Shown here piece after piece: positions 60,611-64,000 of a stretch of 64,000 nt of DNA (positions are counted from its first letter, which is position 1; each line of letters starts with the position of its first letter). The translations under genes were made by a program, and so were the position numbers. The notes beneath the pieces are model-generated. The model was given only the letters and a program-made list of their open reading frames with translations, was not told the origin of the DNA and did not search any database. The stretch lies in contig OY986949.1 of assembly GCA_963920595.1 (NCBI GenBank), positions 4,278,001 through 4,342,000 of the forward strand, in the 5' to 3' direction. This stretch comes from Eimeria praecox. Lineage: Eukaryota.

Positions 60611-61978
60611 TGCTCAGGAAGCCCGTATGCCTCTCCAGTAGGCCCAATGGCTCGGAGCGATTCTTATATCACGTTTGTTTTGATTGTATTGCTGCTCAAT
60701 ATGGTCCTGCACGAGGATTGATGACTGGCTCCTCACTGGCAAGTCCTTCCTTGTTCTATTTTGCACAGTACGCCAGTAGGAGGCAGTTATTTCATGCAAG
60801 CCACTTGTTAGGTGACAGGTTAAATATGCGAAATAAATATACTGATATGAAGGGGTTTTTTGTGGAAATCGAAGCCTGCCAGAGTGCTGTTGGGGACTGG
60901 CTCGAGCAACTACAGCGAACTGAACCCCCCCTCTTACAGGCACCTGCACTGCACTAAAGAGCCACTGCAAGTATCTTGCTGCCCGCTGAAGGCTCTAGCT
61001 AGGTTCACTGGACAGCTTACATACACCATATCAGCTCAAACGGGATGCTACTTATGCATCACTAGAGGCTGATCTGCAGTGCGAAACACCCACACACAGC
61101 CCGGCAGATAAATTAAAATGCCAGGCCTTGCTTCAAAAAGGAAGTATCAAAATGCACTCAAAACAAGACGGAAATAAGTACAGAATGTAGTCACAAGCAT
61201 AGTTGCATCATGAGTCGGGGCTGCTTGGAGACAGTGCACAAAGAAAGATCAGCCAAGGGGAAAGCAAACAAACTCTGCTTCTTCTACAGAAATTCTAAAC
61301 TATCACACCTTCTTTGTTCTAATCTATTTTAGAAGCTGAAGATCAGTATATATTTATAGCGGTGCAGGCCTATTTCCTCTCTTCATCCCGCAGCTTGACG
61401 CTTCACTTTTCTCGTGAAGGAGATCAGGTTATCCAGGCTTCCTACGCATTCATACCAAAAGCGGCCTCGCCGTAAAGCCATCCAAATGTGCAGAATGAGC
61501 GTTGGCTTTGAAAAGGGCCCCATGAGAGTTCCTTTCACCGTTAGATGGGCCAGAGCATGCATGTGACTACTCTGAAGGCATGTTGCGCAGGAAAAAGCAA
61601 TAATATTGGGATGGCCTAAGTAGAGTGAAAGCGCGAGGGTGACTGCATTACCAGTAGCAAAGGTGTGGTCTAGATTTGCCAGCGCTGGAGCGAATATGAG
61701 GTATCATACAAGGTGTTCTGCAGAATAGAGTTAGCATCTAACAAGCTACCTACTAAAGTGTGGGAGGCACGAAGAATTTTTCCAACGTGCTGCTGCTACG
61801 AACCGACTGGATATATTCTTGTGGCTTAGTTGATAGTTGGAGGTGCAGATGCAGATAGATGCGTGGTGGACTGGAGTCAATTGGCTGAAGACCCAAATTT
61901 CATATAGCAGCAACGGCAGTACTTAGAAACGCGAATTCAAATAAGGATCCTGCCTGTCAATCTGTCGAATCAGTAATT

Positions 61979-62491
61979 ATGTCGGCACCTTCTAGCAAAG
62001 CTAGGTCGTCTGTTCCCAACACCAAACGGCTAAAACCAAAGGGAATCCCGGCGCTCCACTGGACAACTGTGCACTCTCGTTTTGGCAACAGGGACCGCAG
62101 CGGAAGTAAATCATTGATAGGTTCGTCTCGTTGGTCTCCTCTTTCCCCGCATATTGCTCGGACCCCTTGTTCAGAAACCATGTCTACGGGACTATTTGAT
62201 CCAACGTTGAAAAGCAATCAGCTACAGGCTGACGAAAGGTCGTGGAGTATTCAGCAGAGGCGAAGACTTCGTAAAGATGAGCAGCGCCAAAATCCAGTTA
62301 AAGGAGAGAATATTCAAGCTGCGTGCCGTGTGCAGAAGAAGACAAGCACAACGCCTGTAGAAGAAAACTGTTGCTATTCCACGCCAACCGAAGTCATTTC
62401 GCAGGGTGGGAACAGAAAAACTTCGCTCGCAAAGCTCCTGTTATCACGCCCTACTTTCCGTGAGACTCTTGGACTTGTTACTCCGCAGTAA
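61979..62491 (+). CDS. Paralogue of the N-terminus of the 50677-53488 protein (short gene, first exon or truncated copy)
   Basis: KGIPALHWTTVHSRFGNRDRSG, GLFDPTLKSNQLQADER, QQRRR and SLAKLLLSRPTFRET are colinear with the 637-aa ORF; the ORF stops after 170 aa. Confidence 0.6.
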   Translation: MSAPSSKARSSVPNTKRLKPKGIPALHWTTVHSRFGNRDRSGSKSLIGSSRWSPLSPHIARTPCSETMSTGLFDPTLKSNQLQADERSWSIQQRRRLRKDEQRQNPVKGENIQAACRVQKKTSTTPVEENCCYSTPTEVISQGGNRKTSLAKLLLSRPTFRETLGLVTPQ

Positions 62492-64000
62492 CTCTGGATA
62501 AGTGCAATAGTTGAGATTTTAGATATCAACACGCAAATGCCTACTCTGTGGCGAATACTCATGTGGGTTAGGAAGTTCCCAGAGATGCAGAAGGAACTTT
62601 TTACACCAGTGGAATCCCGGCTCCCTTTGATGAGCGTCAGCACGAAGGTCTGGGTTAAACCTGGAACAACAAATCTTTTTTAGGTAATGAATCAAGACTG
62701 TTGAACTTAGGACTAGAGTGCCTTATATTAAGATTTTAGAGCATTCAGGGACTGCGGTTTCCAGTAGCTGTGAGTGTCCCGCCCCCTCAAGTGCTTGTAG
62801 TAACAAGCAAATCACAACGGCTTGAGCCGATAGAAACCCTGCTAAAGGGTAGTTTTCGCATGCACAGTGGCTGCAAACAGAAACGCGCTACCAAAATAAG
62901 ATGCATGGGGGCTTCTCACTTGAAGGGTTATGCAATCTGGGATGCCAAATTCATAATATCGCTGCTATGCCGATTGTTCGAAGGCTGGCACGAATCAGTG
63001 GCCACAGTATTTAAGTCTACATTTGCACTGCGGTCTTGCGTTACATAATCGCGGACAGCCATAGAGTAGAAACATGCCCTAGCTTCGTTCTCTATTAGTA
63101 TTCACAGAGTTTTTCATAGCCAGATGCCAGATAGTCTGCTTGATGAGTATAAATCCTCCAACGACAATGCGCCTAAACCCAACGCTCAAGGTAGGTACCT
63201 ACACATCAGGAACATCTCAGACGATATGTTTAAAACCCTATCTGGTGGTAACATGAAAAACTGTCTGGCAGATAGGCCCGAGCAAGAGAAGTCAAAGCCT
63301 GGTTCCGTACTGATCGTAGCATGATGCGAATTGGGTTCATCTGCAATATGCTGCATCTGTGCTTCTTTGCCGAACCCCTCTTCTTTACAACTACGCTTTC
63401 TCCAGTCCTGAGGCAGTAGAGCTAAATGGGGTAGCGGAGTGGGCGCAGTAGTAAAGGTGTCATGCACCAAACAGCTCTTTTGTGAGGTGCCCGCTGCTAG
63501 TTTGCAGAAGCATTCAAGCGTTTGTGGTTCTTACGAGCTAGTTTGGGTCCCTGTCGGAGGCAGCGCCAGCCTTTGGTGGGTTTCTAGCTTGTTAGAAGGG
63601 CTCATTTTATTCCAGTAGGCATCGGCTGGACTGTTTCTCGCTCTATCCATTCGTTTGCCATCAGTTTCCATGTTTTGGTATCCCACGAACTACCGTTTTA
63701 AACGGATCCTATTCCTTGGAGAAATCGTCAAATAATTTGTTATTCCCAAAGCTGTTACTTGACCTCACTTCCATGAAGAACGATGATTAAATATGGGACG
63801 TTCTTACACACATTCAAGCATAAACGCCACAGCGTTAGCAAACTGTCTTTTGTTATGTGTTCTTTGTGTGTAACCTAGCGATCCACTGCAGTCTCCTCGG
63901 GGAAGCGATTTTCGAACAAGCTGGTTTATAGTAAACACAGGCTGAATGCAGCATTGCTTGCGTATTCAGGAGGCGTACTCCAGGAGTTGGAGTTTATCTA

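Overview
Eukaryotic, intron-rich DNA that looks like a coccidian apicomplexan (Eimeriidae, Eimeria/Cyclospora-like). The taxon is inferred from GT-AG multi-exon genes, a CAG/CAA tract, a PAN/apple-domain surface protein and decayed Ty3/gypsy-type retroelements. Most ORFs in the supplied track are spurious. Supported genes: (1) a signal-peptide + PI-PLC X-like + PAN/apple + TM protein with the catalytic His positions apparently lost (7055-9879 +); (2) DEAD-box helicase DDX41/abstrakt (13354-16997 -); (3) a katanin p60-like AAA ATPase that appears spliced to an N-terminal ConA/LamG-like beta-sandwich (21802-25672 -); (4) a BTB/POZ protein (32655-35611 -); (5) CFAP91/MAATS1 (~43547-46852 -); (6) a large hypothetical protein with a possible Moonraker-like C-terminus (50677-53488 -), plus a divergent paralogue sharing an N-terminal motif (61979-62491 +). 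Intergenic space holds many decayed LTR-retrotransposon remnants (one near-complete gag-PR-RT-RH-IN relic at ~37.9-41.8 kb), two dispersed repeat families and several hairpins, including a perfect 32-bp nested palindrome. All domain calls are by eye from remembered motifs; no searches were run.
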